Shown: positions 20,061 through 29,974 of the stretch, one piece after another | How positions within the stretch are numbered: the first letter of the stretch is position 1 | How the letters are laid out: each line of letters opens with the position of its first letter | Source: Ostreococcus lucimarinus | Taxonomy: Eukaryota | Reading direction: 5' to 3' (one strand) | DNA: 64,000 nt | NCBI GenBank assembly: GCA_000092065.1 | Contig: CP000581.1 | Notes under the pieces: model-generated | What the model was told of the DNA's origin: nothing | Seen by the model: the letters and a program-made list of their open reading frames with translations, nothing else | Databases searched by the model: none | Position numbers and translations under genes: made by a program

Positions 20061-21740
20061 GTGCGGTGTGATTTACATTCTTCTTCGATTCCTTTGCCTT
20101 CATCGCGCGCCCGGCGCGACGCCGCACACGCCCGCGCGGCCGCGCGTCGCTCGACGCGAATGACGGCGAACGGCGCGCGCGATGCGCCGTCGACGACGTC
20201 CTCGACGCCGCGCGCGAAGCGGAAACGCGCGCTCGAAGGCGCACCGAACGACGACGACGACGATGATGATGTCGACGCGAACGTCCGCGCGTGGCGCGCG
20301 ACGCGCGCGACGGACGACGACGACGACGAGGCGTCCGAAGAGATCTCAGCGACGGCGTTCGGCGCGGAGGACGACGAGGAGGCGCTGATCGAGGCGAGAC
20401 GGAAACGACGCGCGGAGATCATGGCGAAACACGGGGCGACGAGCGCGCGCGCGGCGACGGCGAACGCGGAGACGACGACGACGACGCGCGACGCGAGCGC
20501 GACGATGGCGACGAAGACGAAGACGGTGGTGCGGACATCGGCGACGACGGTCGCGGTCGGGGATATGTTCGGAGAGGATTCGGATGAAGACGCGTTGTAC
20601 TTGAATCCGACGGACGTCGGCGGCGACGCGAAGCGCGCGAAACGCGCGGGAGGGGCGGTGGATATGTCCAAAGGTTTGGCCGATAATTGGGACGATGCCG
20701 AGGGATACTACTGCGCGCGCATCGGCGAGGTGTTGGATGGGCGGTACACGATCACGGCGCACCTCGGTAAGGGGGTGTTTTCAAACGTCTTGCGCGCGGT
20801 GGACGAGTCAAAGACGGAGGGCGAGCCGAGTGAGGTGGCGATTAAAGTCATTCGGTGCAACGACTCCATGTACAAGGCGGCGCAGCTCGAGATTGACATA
20901 TTACAGAAACTCAGTGGAAGTGATCCCGAGAATAAGCGACACTGCGTGCGCTTCGTGCGGCACTTTGAGTATCGCGAGCACGTGTTCATGGTGTTCGAGT
21001 CGTTGGCGATGAATCTGCGCGAGGTGATTAAAAAGTTTGGCCGTAACGTCGGCATCAACATCAAAGCCGTGCAGGCGTACGCCACTCAGTTGTTCATCGC
21101 GCTGAGACACTTGAAGAACTGCGGCGTGGTGCACGCGGACATCAAGCCCGACAATGTTCTAGTCAACGAAAGCCACAACGTATTAAAGTTGTGCGATTTC
21201 GGCAGCGCGATGTTCGACGGCGACAACGAGTTGACGCCGTATTTGGTGTCGCGATTCTATCGCGCGCCGGAGGTGATTCTTGGACTGCCGTATTCGCATC
21301 CTATGGATTTGTGGTCAGTCGGATGCTGCTTGTACGAACTGTTCACCGGTAACATCTCGTTCCCGGGTCGCTCAAACAATCACATGCTAAAGCTCATGCT
21401 CGAACTCAAAGGGCCCGTACCGAAAAAGTTGCTTCGCCGCGCTTTGTTCAAGGATAATCACTACGATCCCATGGGGATATTCTCGGTCGTCGAGGAAGAT
21501 CCCGTGACGAAGAAGAGTATTCGCCGTCTCGTTCGCGACGCCAAACCGACAAAAGATTTATCGAAAATATTCACGCGCGACTCCGACATGAGCGACGGCG
21601 AGCGCAAAAAAGCGCTTCAGTTGGCCGACTTGCTCAATCAGATCTTCAATATCGATCCGGAGAAGCGCATCACGGTGCTCGACGCGCTGCAGCACCCGTT
21701 CATAGTTGAAAAAATATCATCCGCTTCCGATGGCAAATGA
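20061..21740 (+). CDS. PRP4K: Serine/threonine protein kinase PRP4 (pre-mRNA processing factor 4 kinase) homolog
   Basis: Kinase domain HADIKPDNVLVNE, DFGSA, YLVSRFYRAPEVILGLPY, characteristic of PRPF4B. R/D/E-rich N-terminus. The ATG is probably at 20160 (MTANGARD...), in frame with the ORF-track start at 20061. Confidence 0.85.
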   Translation: MRCDLHSSSIPLPSSRARRDAAHARAAARRSTRMTANGARDAPSTTSSTPRAKRKRALEGAPNDDDDDDDVDANVRAWRATRATDDDDDEASEEISATAFGAEDDEEALIEARRKRRAEIMAKHGATSARAATANAETTTTTRDASATMATKTKTVVRTSATTVAVGDMFGEDSDEDALYLNPTDVGGDAKRAKRAGGAVDMSKGLADNWDDAEGYYCARIGEVLDGRYTITAHLGKGVFSNVLRAVDESKTEGEPSEVAIKVIRCNDSMYKAAQLEIDILQKLSGSDPENKRHCVRFVRHFEYREHVFMVFESLAMNLREVIKKFGRNVGINIKAVQAYATQLFIALRHLKNCGVVHADIKPDNVLVNESHNVLKLCDFGSAMFDGDNELTPYLVSRFYRAPEVILGLPYSHPMDLWSVGCCLYELFTGNISFPGRSNNHMLKLMLELKGPVPKKLLRRALFKDNHYDPMGIFSVVEEDPVTKKSIRRLVRDAKPTKDLSKIFTRDSDMSDGERKKALQLADLLNQIFNIDPEKRITVLDALQHPFIVEKISSASDGK

Positions 21741-21759
21741 TAAATAGCGATTAGAACAG

Positions 21760-21764
21760 TGTAA
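21760..21764 (+). promoter_or_regulatory. TGTAA motif 20 nt after the PRP4K stop codon (candidate poly(A) signal)
   Basis: cagtgtaaaaac at 21757-21768; stop at 21738-21740. Confidence 0.35.
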
Positions 21765-21839
21765 AAACATCGGAACGACGCCGACGTCGCTTCGAAAAGC
21801 AATGTGTGTTTGTTCGTTAAAACGCGTTCTCTAAGTTTC

Positions 21840-23171
21840 TCAACGTCCGCCGGGCAACCCAGACCAGGCCCCCGCCTTCTTCTTTGGTTCTTCCTTCGGC
21901 TTCGCCGCTTCCTTCGGCTTTTCCGGCTCCGGCGCCTTGATGCCTTCAGCCATGGTTTCGTCAAAGTTGAGCATGGCGCTGCCCTTGAAGATTTTGTTAA
22001 ACGCGAGCGTGACCTTGAATCCACCATCCATGGTATCGGTGACGTCCTTTCTCAATCGATGGCTCAGGCAGGGGCCGATAACGCGGGCGATGTCTTCCAT
22101 CGTGACTTCAGTGCGACCTTCGAAGGCGACGAGAGCCTTGGCGGCGCGAGTGACTACGATGTCCCCGCGCAAACCGTCAACGTTGACCAAGGCGCAAACG
22201 CCAGAAATCTTCAACGCAAAATCACGATCCATGGTCACCGAAGGCAAGAGTTTTTGAGCGGCGACAATCTTCGCCTTCAACGCTTCGGTTTCTTCTCTAC
22301 ACTCCTCCGTGTAGCCCTTCGGATCGCGCTCGTACGCCAACTTGTTCATCACCAACTCCGTACGTTGATCCATGTCGAAGATTGTTCTGATGTTCACCGC
22401 CATCCCGAAACGATCGAGAAGCTGAGGACGAAGTTCACCCTCCTCCGGGTTGCCGCTACCGATCATGATAAACTTCGCCGGGTGGGTCAACGAGATGCCT
22501 TCGCGCTCCACAGTGTTCCAACCGCCCGCGGCGGAATCGAGGACGACGTCCACGAGCGAATCGTCCAACAAGTTCACCTCATCAATGTACAGCAAACCTC
22601 TGTTCGCTTTCGCCAACAAACCGGGATCGTACGCTTTCGTACCCTCGCTCAGCGCCTTTTCGATGTCGATGGTCCCACAAATGCGATCCTCCGTCGTCCC
22701 GAGCGGCACCTCCACCATCGGCACGCGCATCTTCGCCGTCTCCAACGTCTCGCCTCTCTGAAACGCCTCCCGCACGTCCGGTCCCATGAGCTCCGGATTC
22801 GTCGGCGACGAATTAAACGGGTCATTCTTCACCACGTCGATCTCCGGCAGCAACTGCACGAGCGAGCGCACCGACACGCTCTTCGCCGTGCCGCGGTCGC
22901 CCATGATGAGCACCCCGCCGATGGCGCTATCCACCACGTTCAGCGTCAGCGCCAGCTTCAGCTCCTCCTGCGCCACGATCTTCACGAACGGGAACGACGC
23001 CGACTCGCTCTTCGCCCGCGTCACCGTCGCTCGGCGCGCATCGCTCGCGCGCGCGCGCCCACCGACCGTCGTCGCCGCCGTCGCGCGCGCCCGCGTCTTA
23101 TCCGCAACCGCGCGCGTCGTTCGCGCGCGCGCGGCGCCGGGCGCGCGGCGCGGCGCGCTCGAGCACCGCAT
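21840..23171 (-). CDS. CHLI: Magnesium chelatase subunit ChlI (AAA+), with plastid transit-peptide-like N-terminus
   Basis: Mature part [39 protein letters not shown]...[12 protein letters not shown]...[17 protein letters not shown] is classic ChlI. ORF 21840..23849 continues upstream into R/A-rich low complexity. Start chosen at Met-227 of that ORF (cat at 23169-23171: [12 protein letters not shown]...), giving a ~58-aa presequence. Upstream Mets remain possible. Confidence 0.8.
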   Translation of the reverse strand: MRCSSAPRRAPGAARARTTRAVADKTRARATAATTVGGRARASDARRATVTRAKSESASFPFVKIVAQEELKLALTLNVVDSAIGGVLIMGDRGTAKSVSVRSLVQLLPEIDVVKNDPFNSSPTNPELMGPDVREAFQRGETLETAKMRVPMVEVPLGTTEDRICGTIDIEKALSEGTKAYDPGLLAKANRGLLYIDEVNLLDDSLVDVVLDSAAGGWNTVEREGISLTHPAKFIMIGSGNPEEGELRPQLLDRFGMAVNIRTIFDMDQRTELVMNKLAYERDPKGYTEECREETEALKAKIVAAQKLLPSVTMDRDFALKISGVCALVNVDGLRGDIVVTRAAKALVAFEGRTEVTMEDIARVIGPCLSHRLRKDVTDTMDGGFKVTLAFNKIFKGSAMLNFDETMAEGIKAPEPEKPKEAAKPKEEPKKKAGAWSGLPGGR

Positions 23172-23427
23172 TCCGTGCGTTCGCGAGGTGCGCGCGCGTC
23201 CGTCGCGATCCGCGCGTCGCGATCGCGCGTGTGCGGCGCGCGCGCGACGCGCGATCGTCGCCGTCCGAGACGTCCGAGAAAACCAGCCCCGATCGCGATC
23301 GCGCGCGCCCGGGCGCCTGACTGTTTGCCCACACGACGACGTAGGTTTTGCGACGCCGACGCGTCCGAGACGGCCGAGACGACGCGCGGTGACGTCACAA
23401 CGCGACCGCACGACGCGCGCGACGCAC
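23172..23427. promoter_or_regulatory. Divergent promoter region shared by chlI (-) and hisD (+)
   Basis: ~256 bp CGCG-rich spacer between divergent start codons of two plastid-function genes. The call rests on position only. Confidence 0.35.
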
Positions 23428-24876
23428 ATGTCCGCGGCGCGCGCGCGCGCGGCGAACGCGCGAACGACGCGCGCGGCGCGCGGACGCGTCGCGGGCGCAC
23501 GCGCGGGCGCGCGCGGCGAGCGCGCGGGCGCGAGACGAAGGATCGCTCGACCGGCGGGGGCGACGGCGGCGACGACGGCGTTCGACATGCGGACGTACGT
23601 CGAGCGCGATCTCACCGCGGAAGAGCGCGTGGAGGTGATGCGTCGACCGCGGGTGGACTTTACGAGCATCCTGGACACGGTGAAGCCGATCGTGGAGGCG
23701 GTGGGAACGCGCGGGGACGCGGCGGTGCGCGAGTACACGAGCAAGTTCGACGGCGTCGATTTGGAAGCGGTGACGGTGCGCGTGGATGAATTGCCCGATC
23801 CCGTGCTGGATGATGATGTGAAGAAGGCGTTTGACGTGGCGTACGACAATATCGCGGCGTTTCACGCGGCGCAGGCGAAGAGCGGGGACGTGGACGTGAC
23901 GACGATGCCAGGGGTGCGCTGTCGACGCGTGTCGAGACCGATCGGAGCGGTCGGACTGTACGTCCCGGGCGGCACCGCGGTGTTACCGAGCACGGCGCTC
24001 ATGCTCGCGGTGCCGGCGAAGATTGCCGGGTGCGAACGCGTCGTGCTCGCGACGCCGCCGCGCAAGGATGGTTCCATCGTTCCGGAGGTGCTGTACGTGG
24101 CGAAAAAGGCGGGGGTGACGCACATTCTCAAGGCTGGCGGCGCGCAAGCGATCGCGGCGATGGGATTCGGCACGGAAACGTGCCCGAAGGTGGATAAGCT
24201 CTTCGGTCCGGGGAATCAGTTTGTGACGGCGGCGAAGATGTCGCTGCAAAACTCAGACGCGATGGTTTCCATCGACATGCCCGCGGGCCCGAGTGAGGTG
24301 CTCGTCATCGCGGATAAAGACGCCCCCGCCGCCCACGTCGCCGCCGATCTCTTGTCTCAAGCCGAGCACGGGCCGGACAGCCAGGTGGTTTTGGTGACGT
24401 TCCCGGACGTGGATTTGAAGGCTATCACGGACGCCGTGGCGGACCAAGCGAGCAAGCTCCCGCGCGCCGAAATCACCGCCAAGGCGCTCGGCCACTCCTA
24501 CGCCGTCGTCGTTGACGACATGGCGGCCGCGTGCGATTTTAGCAATCGATACGCTCCCGAGCACTTGATCGTAAACGTCGAAAATGCGGAATCATGGTTA
24601 CCGCAGTTAGACAACGCCGGTTCCATCTTCCTCGGGCGCTGGACCCCAGAATCCGTGGGCGATTACGCCAGCGGCACCAACCACGTTTTACCCACCTATG
24701 GCTACTCTCGCATGTACTCCGGCGTATCCTTGGACTCTTTCGTTAAGTACATGACGGTTCAAGAGCTCACCAAGGAAGGTTTAGACGCGCTCGGTCCTCA
24801 CGTCGCCAGGATGGCGGCGGTCGAAGGTTTGGACGCGCACAGATCCGCCGTGACTTTACGCTTAGGCATCGACTAG
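23428..24876 (+). CDS. hisD: Histidinol dehydrogenase (HisD) with R/A-rich presequence
   Basis: ATG at 23428 ([14 protein letters not shown]...), then MRTYVERDL...; [53 protein letters not shown] are hallmark HisD motifs. Part of ORF 22786..24876, whose 5' portion is antisense to chlI. Confidence 0.85.
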   Translation: MSAARARAANARTTRAARGRVAGARAGARGERAGARRRIARPAGATAATTAFDMRTYVERDLTAEERVEVMRRPRVDFTSILDTVKPIVEAVGTRGDAAVREYTSKFDGVDLEAVTVRVDELPDPVLDDDVKKAFDVAYDNIAAFHAAQAKSGDVDVTTMPGVRCRRVSRPIGAVGLYVPGGTAVLPSTALMLAVPAKIAGCERVVLATPPRKDGSIVPEVLYVAKKAGVTHILKAGGAQAIAAMGFGTETCPKVDKLFGPGNQFVTAAKMSLQNSDAMVSIDMPAGPSEVLVIADKDAPAAHVAADLLSQAEHGPDSQVVLVTFPDVDLKAITDAVADQASKLPRAEITAKALGHSYAVVVDDMAAACDFSNRYAPEHLIVNVENAESWLPQLDNAGSIFLGRWTPESVGDYASGTNHVLPTYGYSRMYSGVSLDSFVKYMTVQELTKEGLDALGPHVARMAAVEGLDAHRSAVTLRLGID

Positions 24877-25063
24877 CCCACTGTTGAATTTATATTCTTT
24901 TGCCTAAATTTGCGAACGACCGTTTGTCAACCATCGCCGACCGCCGTCCTCGCGCTTTTGCGCCGCCGCGTCGCGTTTGCTCGCCGGCGCCTCCTCCCAT
25001 CTTGTCGCTCAGGTCGCGCCACTCCTCCGCGCCCTCGAGCGCGTCGGACTCGCTCGAACGACG

Positions 25064-26242
25064 ATGAACGTCGACGAGGCCGAACGATGTTGCGACATCG
25101 CGCGCGCCGCGCTCGATAACGCGTCGTCCGAGGCCGATCTTGAAAAGGCGCTGAGGTTCATCTCCAAGGCACTTAAACTCGATTCCACGAGCGCGCGCGC
25201 GAACAAGCTCCGCGCCGACGTCGAGAGCAAACGCGTGAAAGGATTTAGTGGCAGCGCGTCCGCGAGCGCGAGCGAAAACGGGCGAAACGGCGAGGCGAAT
25301 GGGCGATCGGCGAGTCAGCCCGGGACGCAGCGTCGCGCGAGCGCGACGACTTCGGCGCCGAGCGGTGAAAAGAGCGCGAAGCGAGGGACGCCCGAGCAAG
25401 AGAAACTCATCGCGAATGTGAAAAAGGCCGGTGCGGATTATTATCGAGTGCTCGGGATCGAGCGCGGTGCGAGCGACGCGGACATAAAGAAGGCGTACAG
25501 AAAGTTGGCGTTGAAGCTGCACCCGGACAAGTGTCAAGCCGCGGGGGCTGAGGAGGTGTTTAAGACGGTGAGTAAAGCGTTCGCGTGCTTGAGCGATCCG
25601 AACAAACGTGCGGCGTTCGATCGATATGGGAGCGATGATCCACAGCAAGCAGGCTTCGGGCCGGGGATGCGTCGACGCGGGGGCGCGGGTGGCGCGCAAG
25701 GGTTCGGCTTCGACGACGATATCGATCCTGCGGACATTTTCAACATGTTCTTTAACGGAGGCATGCCGGGCGGTATGGGTGGGTTCGGCGGACCGGGGTT
25801 CAGAGTACACACGTTCGGGGGTGGGTTCCCGCGCCAGAGGCAGCACTCGGGCGGGGCGAGAGGTCCTCACGTGGACGATAGCGCGACCGTGATTCGCAAC
25901 ATACTGCATCTTCTGCCACTGTTGATTCCAATTCTGATGTGGCTATTGACGCCGGCAGAGGAGCACTTTTCCATGCATCGATCGAAAGAACATCCAGACT
26001 TGCTTCGCACGTCGCGCATGGAGTTGCCGTTTTACGTCAACAAACACATCTTTGAGCAAAAGTTCCCCAAGGGTGACCAGCAACGCTCGATGGAGCATCG
26101 AATCGAGAACGAAATCATCAATCGTTATCGTCGGCAGTGCGACTACGAGCGTCAGAGTTGGACGAGCAAGAGGCCACACTGCGAGCATTTGCGAGAGCTC
26201 CAAAAAAAGTATCCGGAGCTCAACGTGTTTTCGCCGTGGTGA
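25064..26242 (+). CDS. DnaJ/Hsp40, DNAJB12/14-like ER-membrane J-protein (J domain + TM + DUF1977)
   Basis: MNVDEAERCCDIARAALDNASSE... resembles the DNAJB12 N-terminus. J domain DYYRVLGIERGASDADIKKAYRKLALKLHPDKC. G/F-rich region. TM LHLLPLLIPILMWLL. C-terminal DUF1977-like PFYVNKHIFEQKFPKGDQQRSMEHRIENEIINRYRRQCDYERQ. Confidence 0.8.
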   Translation: MNVDEAERCCDIARAALDNASSEADLEKALRFISKALKLDSTSARANKLRADVESKRVKGFSGSASASASENGRNGEANGRSASQPGTQRRASATTSAPSGEKSAKRGTPEQEKLIANVKKAGADYYRVLGIERGASDADIKKAYRKLALKLHPDKCQAAGAEEVFKTVSKAFACLSDPNKRAAFDRYGSDDPQQAGFGPGMRRRGGAGGAQGFGFDDDIDPADIFNMFFNGGMPGGMGGFGGPGFRVHTFGGGFPRQRQHSGGARGPHVDDSATVIRNILHLLPLLIPILMWLLTPAEEHFSMHRSKEHPDLLRTSRMELPFYVNKHIFEQKFPKGDQQRSMEHRIENEIINRYRRQCDYERQSWTSKRPHCEHLRELQKKYPELNVFSPW

Positions 26243-26311
26243 TGAGCGACACTACAATCCTCCTTAGGTCTTTACTAAATACACATCTTAGTAGTTGAGT
26301 TGAAGAAACGT

Positions 26312-26316
26312 TTACA
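26312..26316 (-). promoter_or_regulatory. TGTAA (reverse strand) 24 nt after the stop of the 26340..27515 gene
   Basis: Plus-strand tttacattcg at 26311-26320 reads ...gaatgtaaa... on the minus strand. Confidence 0.3.
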
Positions 26317-26339
26317 TTCGTAACAACGCGGCTAATGGG

Positions 26340-27515
26340 TCAAGTTGGTAGACGCGCGAGCGCGAAGAGCGTAAACAAACGCGTGAAAAGAAGCAACACT
26401 ACGGACGCGAGCGCGAAGCACACGGCGAGAACCCAGTACTGAACGTGCATTCTGTGGCCAGCAAATTTGCCTTTAAATATGACGTCGTACGTACCGCTTG
26501 CGAATCCTCGCAGCGCGGCCATCGTCGCCGTGCCCGTCGTGGCGAGCACCAATCGACGGTTTTCGCGAGTCTCCGTCGCCGCCTGGAACAACTCTTTCCA
26601 AGTCCCGAAGAGCGCGGGAGAGTGAATCTCTCCGTCTGTGTGCGCATTGTGGACTCCGTTTGAGCGCGGTGGTGTCTGCGCCACCGGGGTGAAGCGCGAA
26701 GCCAGTGGACTTGTCGGCGAATCGTCTCGCTTTGACGCCGCGTACGAGCCCCCGCGAAGCATCTCATCGGGGTGCATCGCCATTTCCATCGACGCGACGA
26801 CGTACGTGCGAACGCTCGTTTCCACCATAGCGTGCATCATCTCTAAGAATACCGCCTTGTTGGCTGGATTTCGAACCGCCTCAAACATATCGGCGTACAT
26901 GTTATCGTCGCCCATCGTGCGCACGTACGTCGTCATCGCCGCGTCCACAAGCTCTCGACCGAAGTCTACGACTAAATTTTTGTTCTTCGACTTCTCCAAG
27001 AACGCCACCGCGCGATCCGCCGCGCTCGGACGCTCAACCGCCTCGCCGTCGCCAGCGTCGTCGAACCCGGCGATCGCTCGCAGCACCTCCGCGTTATCCT
27101 TCGCCACGCTCACCATCGCGCCGAGCAAGCTCTTGCTCGTTTCACCCACAAAGTCGCTCACCGCGCGCAACCGTTTCGGTTCGAGCAGCGCGTCGACGAT
27201 GGATTCCATCAACGTATCGCTCTCCGCCGCGTCGCCGCCGCTCGAGCTCGCCCCCGCGCTCGTTCGTTTCGTCACCATCCTCGCTCCCGCGCTCGCCCCG
27301 ACCGCCGCTCCGTGCGCCACCGCCGTCGCCACGCGCGCCACCGCCGCGGTCACCTCGGGCGCCTCCATCAGCGCGCACGCTCGCGCCAACGACGCCGGCG
27401 GCGCCGCGTCCCCGTCCCCGTCCACCACGTAATCCTTCACGTCCGCGCTCACCCTCTGCAGTATCTCCCCCAGCGCGACCGCCGCCGCGCAGTACGACAT
27501 CGTCGCTCGCACCAT
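26340..27515 (-). CDS. Hypothetical protein with C-terminal TM anchor (no recognisable domain)
   Basis: 391-aa ORF with ordinary amino-acid composition (not R/A low complexity). C-terminal hydrophobic stretch YWVLAVCFALASVVLLLF. No motif I can name. Confidence 0.45.
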   Translation of the reverse strand: MVRATMSYCAAAVALGEILQRVSADVKDYVVDGDGDAAPPASLARACALMEAPEVTAAVARVATAVAHGAAVGASAGARMVTKRTSAGASSSGGDAAESDTLMESIVDALLEPKRLRAVSDFVGETSKSLLGAMVSVAKDNAEVLRAIAGFDDAGDGEAVERPSAADRAVAFLEKSKNKNLVVDFGRELVDAAMTTYVRTMGDDNMYADMFEAVRNPANKAVFLEMMHAMVETSVRTYVVASMEMAMHPDEMLRGGSYAASKRDDSPTSPLASRFTPVAQTPPRSNGVHNAHTDGEIHSPALFGTWKELFQAATETRENRRLVLATTGTATMAALRGFASGTYDVIFKGKFAGHRMHVQYWVLAVCFALASVVLLLFTRLFTLFALARLPT

Positions 27516-27789
27516 TCGTTGGTACGACTCCGTCGTTCGCGCGTGTTCGTACGCTAGCGTCGTCGAAACGTTTCCATTCCGTCAGTCGATGCGCGCGTCG
27601 ATTGTTCGCGCATTCGTCGCCCTCGCGCGTCGCTCGCGCGCGCGTCGCGCGCGTCGCGCGTCGCGCGCACCGTAAAATCCAAGCGCGAGCGCGCCCGCGG
27701 CGCACGCCGCCCGTCGCGCGACGCTCGGCATCGCGACGCGTCGCACACTGCGACGCGCGGCGATTCGCGACGCCTCGGCGCGCGTTTCG

Positions 27790-28785
27790 ATGGCCTCGCG
27801 CGTCGCCGCGCGCGTCGCCGCGCGCCTGCGCGCGGCGCGCGACGGCGCCGCGTCGACGCGCGCGATCGGCGGCGCGCGCGCGATCGCGACGCGCGCGACG
27901 ACGACGGGAGAGGAGGATGAAGACGCGAATGCGAATGCGAATTCGCCGCGCGTCGAGACGACGACGCTGTATCGACGCGCGCTGAAGCGCGCGCGGCGGC
28001 TGCCGGACCCGTGCGCGCGACACTTCGCGCGCGAACGATTCGCGAGCGCGTTCAGGCGATACGCAGAGGTGACGAGCGCGAGGGAGATCGAGAAGAGGCG
28101 AGGGGAGGCGGCGCGATGGACGCGGCGGCTGCGGCGAAGCGGACGCGACGACGACGATTATCGGGCGGTGCTGGAACGCGCGTACGGATTGCGAGGAAGG
28201 ATGAAACACATGGTGAAAGCGTGCGAGGAGGAGTGCGGGGAGGGGGCGCCGGTGAAGACGCGACGGGCGACGCGGTTCGCGCTGCCGGCGACGAACGAAC
28301 GCACGGGGGAGACGTACTCGTTGAGATATTTGTTCTCCGCGATGGAGGCGCAGCGCGCGGCGGGGGGGGAGACGGAGGATGAGAGCTTAGCGGCGCAGAT
28401 GCGAATGTTGCGGTTGAGGGTGCCGCGGTATTTTCATCCCAACGGCGTCGCCGCGCGAGCGACGAATGCGAGGGCGAATGAGCAAACCGACGACGCGTCG
28501 ACGACGGCGGATTTCGTGCGCGTGTGGCCTTGGGAAGCGGCGACGGAAGAAGATCTGGCGAACCCATCGCCGTCGTACGGGATCGGTACGATGGCCAGTG
28601 CGGAAAGCTGGGAGATGGTGCACTTGGCGCTGTTGAAGACGACGTTCGTGCCTTTGATGATGGAACGCGTGAAGACGATGAGTCGACGCTCGAGACGCGT
28701 GTACGAACGCACGTTTGATCTCGAGCGCACGTTCGTTTCCGTGGACGATATCGACGACGTTCATGAAGGTGATTTCTCGGCGTGA
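27790..28785 (+). CDS. LYR-motif (Complex1_LYR family) protein with a long C-terminal extension
   Basis: TLYRRALKRARRLPDPCARHFARERFASAFRRY is a canonical LYR/K...F motif following an R/A-rich presequence-like N-terminus. The remaining ~220 aa have no assignable domain. Confidence 0.55.
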   Translation: MASRVAARVAARLRAARDGAASTRAIGGARAIATRATTTGEEDEDANANANSPRVETTTLYRRALKRARRLPDPCARHFARERFASAFRRYAEVTSAREIEKRRGEAARWTRRLRRSGRDDDDYRAVLERAYGLRGRMKHMVKACEEECGEGAPVKTRRATRFALPATNERTGETYSLRYLFSAMEAQRAAGGETEDESLAAQMRMLRLRVPRYFHPNGVAARATNARANEQTDDASTTADFVRVWPWEAATEEDLANPSPSYGIGTMASAESWEMVHLALLKTTFVPLMMERVKTMSRRSRRVYERTFDLERTFVSVDDIDDVHEGDFSA

Positions 28786-28826
28786 TAGAGTTTTAGAGTT
28801 AGAAGGTTGTTAGTAGATTTAAGCGA

Positions 28827-29858
28827 TCATAGCTCGGCTTCCGCGAAGACTTGCGCGTCGTCGTCGTCAAACGCCTCGGGAGACCACGCAATACCCGCGG
28901 TCGCCACGTCGTCAGGTACGCGACCACCCATGCGTTCTATCGATTCGCTTAATCGCTCGATCGCGAGCGATTTCGATTTATCGCTTTGACTCAAAGCCTC
29001 GATCATGCGCCTCGCTCGATGAACGCCTCTAGTCATTTCCTCCTTTTCGCGGATCGATTCCAGCAGTTGCTCCGCCAACGCAGCGACGAACGGATCGCTC
29101 GGCGTCGCACCCGACATCAGAAACGATCTATACTGTTCGATCATGTCCTCACGAATTCGATGCGCTATTTGATCCACCTCTGCCGCCTTTTGAGTCGAAC
29201 GAACGTGCTCGCTCCACTCGCGAAGTCGGTGCGCCGATTCGTCCTCGTCTCCCGCGCCTTCGTCCTCCATCGTCATCGGCGGCGCCGACGCCGTCTCCGG
29301 GCCTTCTAAGCCGTCATCATCGACTAACACGCGCCTCGGTGGCCCTATGGGCGACGCCGATCGTCGAAGACCGCTCGGCGACACGATGCGAGGCGACGAC
29401 GCCGGCGACGAACCCGCGCCGCCGGGCGACGACGCGGCGCCACCGAATTCGCGCCCTCGTCGCGTCGTCCCGCTCTCCGGCGACGCTCCGACGGCGATGG
29501 AAATCTCTCGCAGCGCTTCCGCCACGCGCGCGAAGCTATCGACGGTCACGCGTCCATCCGGTCCTCGGCGCACGAGCTCGAGCGCCGCTCGCACCTCCGG
29601 CGTCGTCTCCGCCAGCGCCTCCAGGTGTTTCAGCGCCGCGTCCACGCTCGCGTGCGCGTCCGCGTCGTTCGTCGCGTCGGCGCGCGCGCTCGACGGCGCG
29701 TACTGCGCCCGCAGGCGGTCGCGCGGGGAGGATGCGTGTTCGAACTCGCGTTCAAATTTGCCGGCGGAAACGTCGACGGTGTGCGGCGGTGCGACGTACG
29801 GACGCGCGGGCGACGCGCGCGCGCGCAGGTTTTCCATGCGCTGTCTCAAGTTTTCCAT
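28827..29858 (-). CDS. Hypothetical protein (acidic, predicted helical); 5' boundary uncertain
   Basis: ORF 28827..30137, but its first ~90 codons would overlap the 3' end of the Mpv17 gene. Start taken at the Met at 29858 (MENLRQRMENLRARAS...). C-terminal DDDDAQVFAEAEL. No recognisable domain. Confidence 0.4.
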   Translation of the reverse strand: MENLRQRMENLRARASPARPYVAPPHTVDVSAGKFEREFEHASSPRDRLRAQYAPSSARADATNDADAHASVDAALKHLEALAETTPEVRAALELVRRGPDGRVTVDSFARVAEALREISIAVGASPESGTTRRGREFGGAASSPGGAGSSPASSPRIVSPSGLRRSASPIGPPRRVLVDDDGLEGPETASAPPMTMEDEGAGDEDESAHRLREWSEHVRSTQKAAEVDQIAHRIREDMIEQYRSFLMSGATPSDPFVAALAEQLLESIREKEEMTRGVHRARRMIEALSQSDKSKSLAIERLSESIERMGGRVPDDVATAGIAWSPEAFDDDDAQVFAEAEL

Positions 29859-29974
29859 CGCGCGGTCGATGCGAGCGCGCGCGCGCGGCGGAGTGTCGCG
29901 GCTCGAGTTCGGCGCGGCGGCGACGCGGCGCGTAACCGACGATATTACAATATTACGGGACGAGCGCGACGAAT

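Noticed and set aside
21804-23789. 661-aa plus-strand ORF and 22786..23427 part of the hisD ORF, antisense to chlI
   Set aside because: R/A/G/H-rich nonsense translation opposite a well-supported ChlI coding sequence. No motifs.
27142-28209. 355-aa minus-strand ORF overlapping the 5' half of the LYR-motif gene
   Set aside because: Almost pure R/G/A/D low complexity. It is the antisense of a frame that carries a canonical LYR motif.
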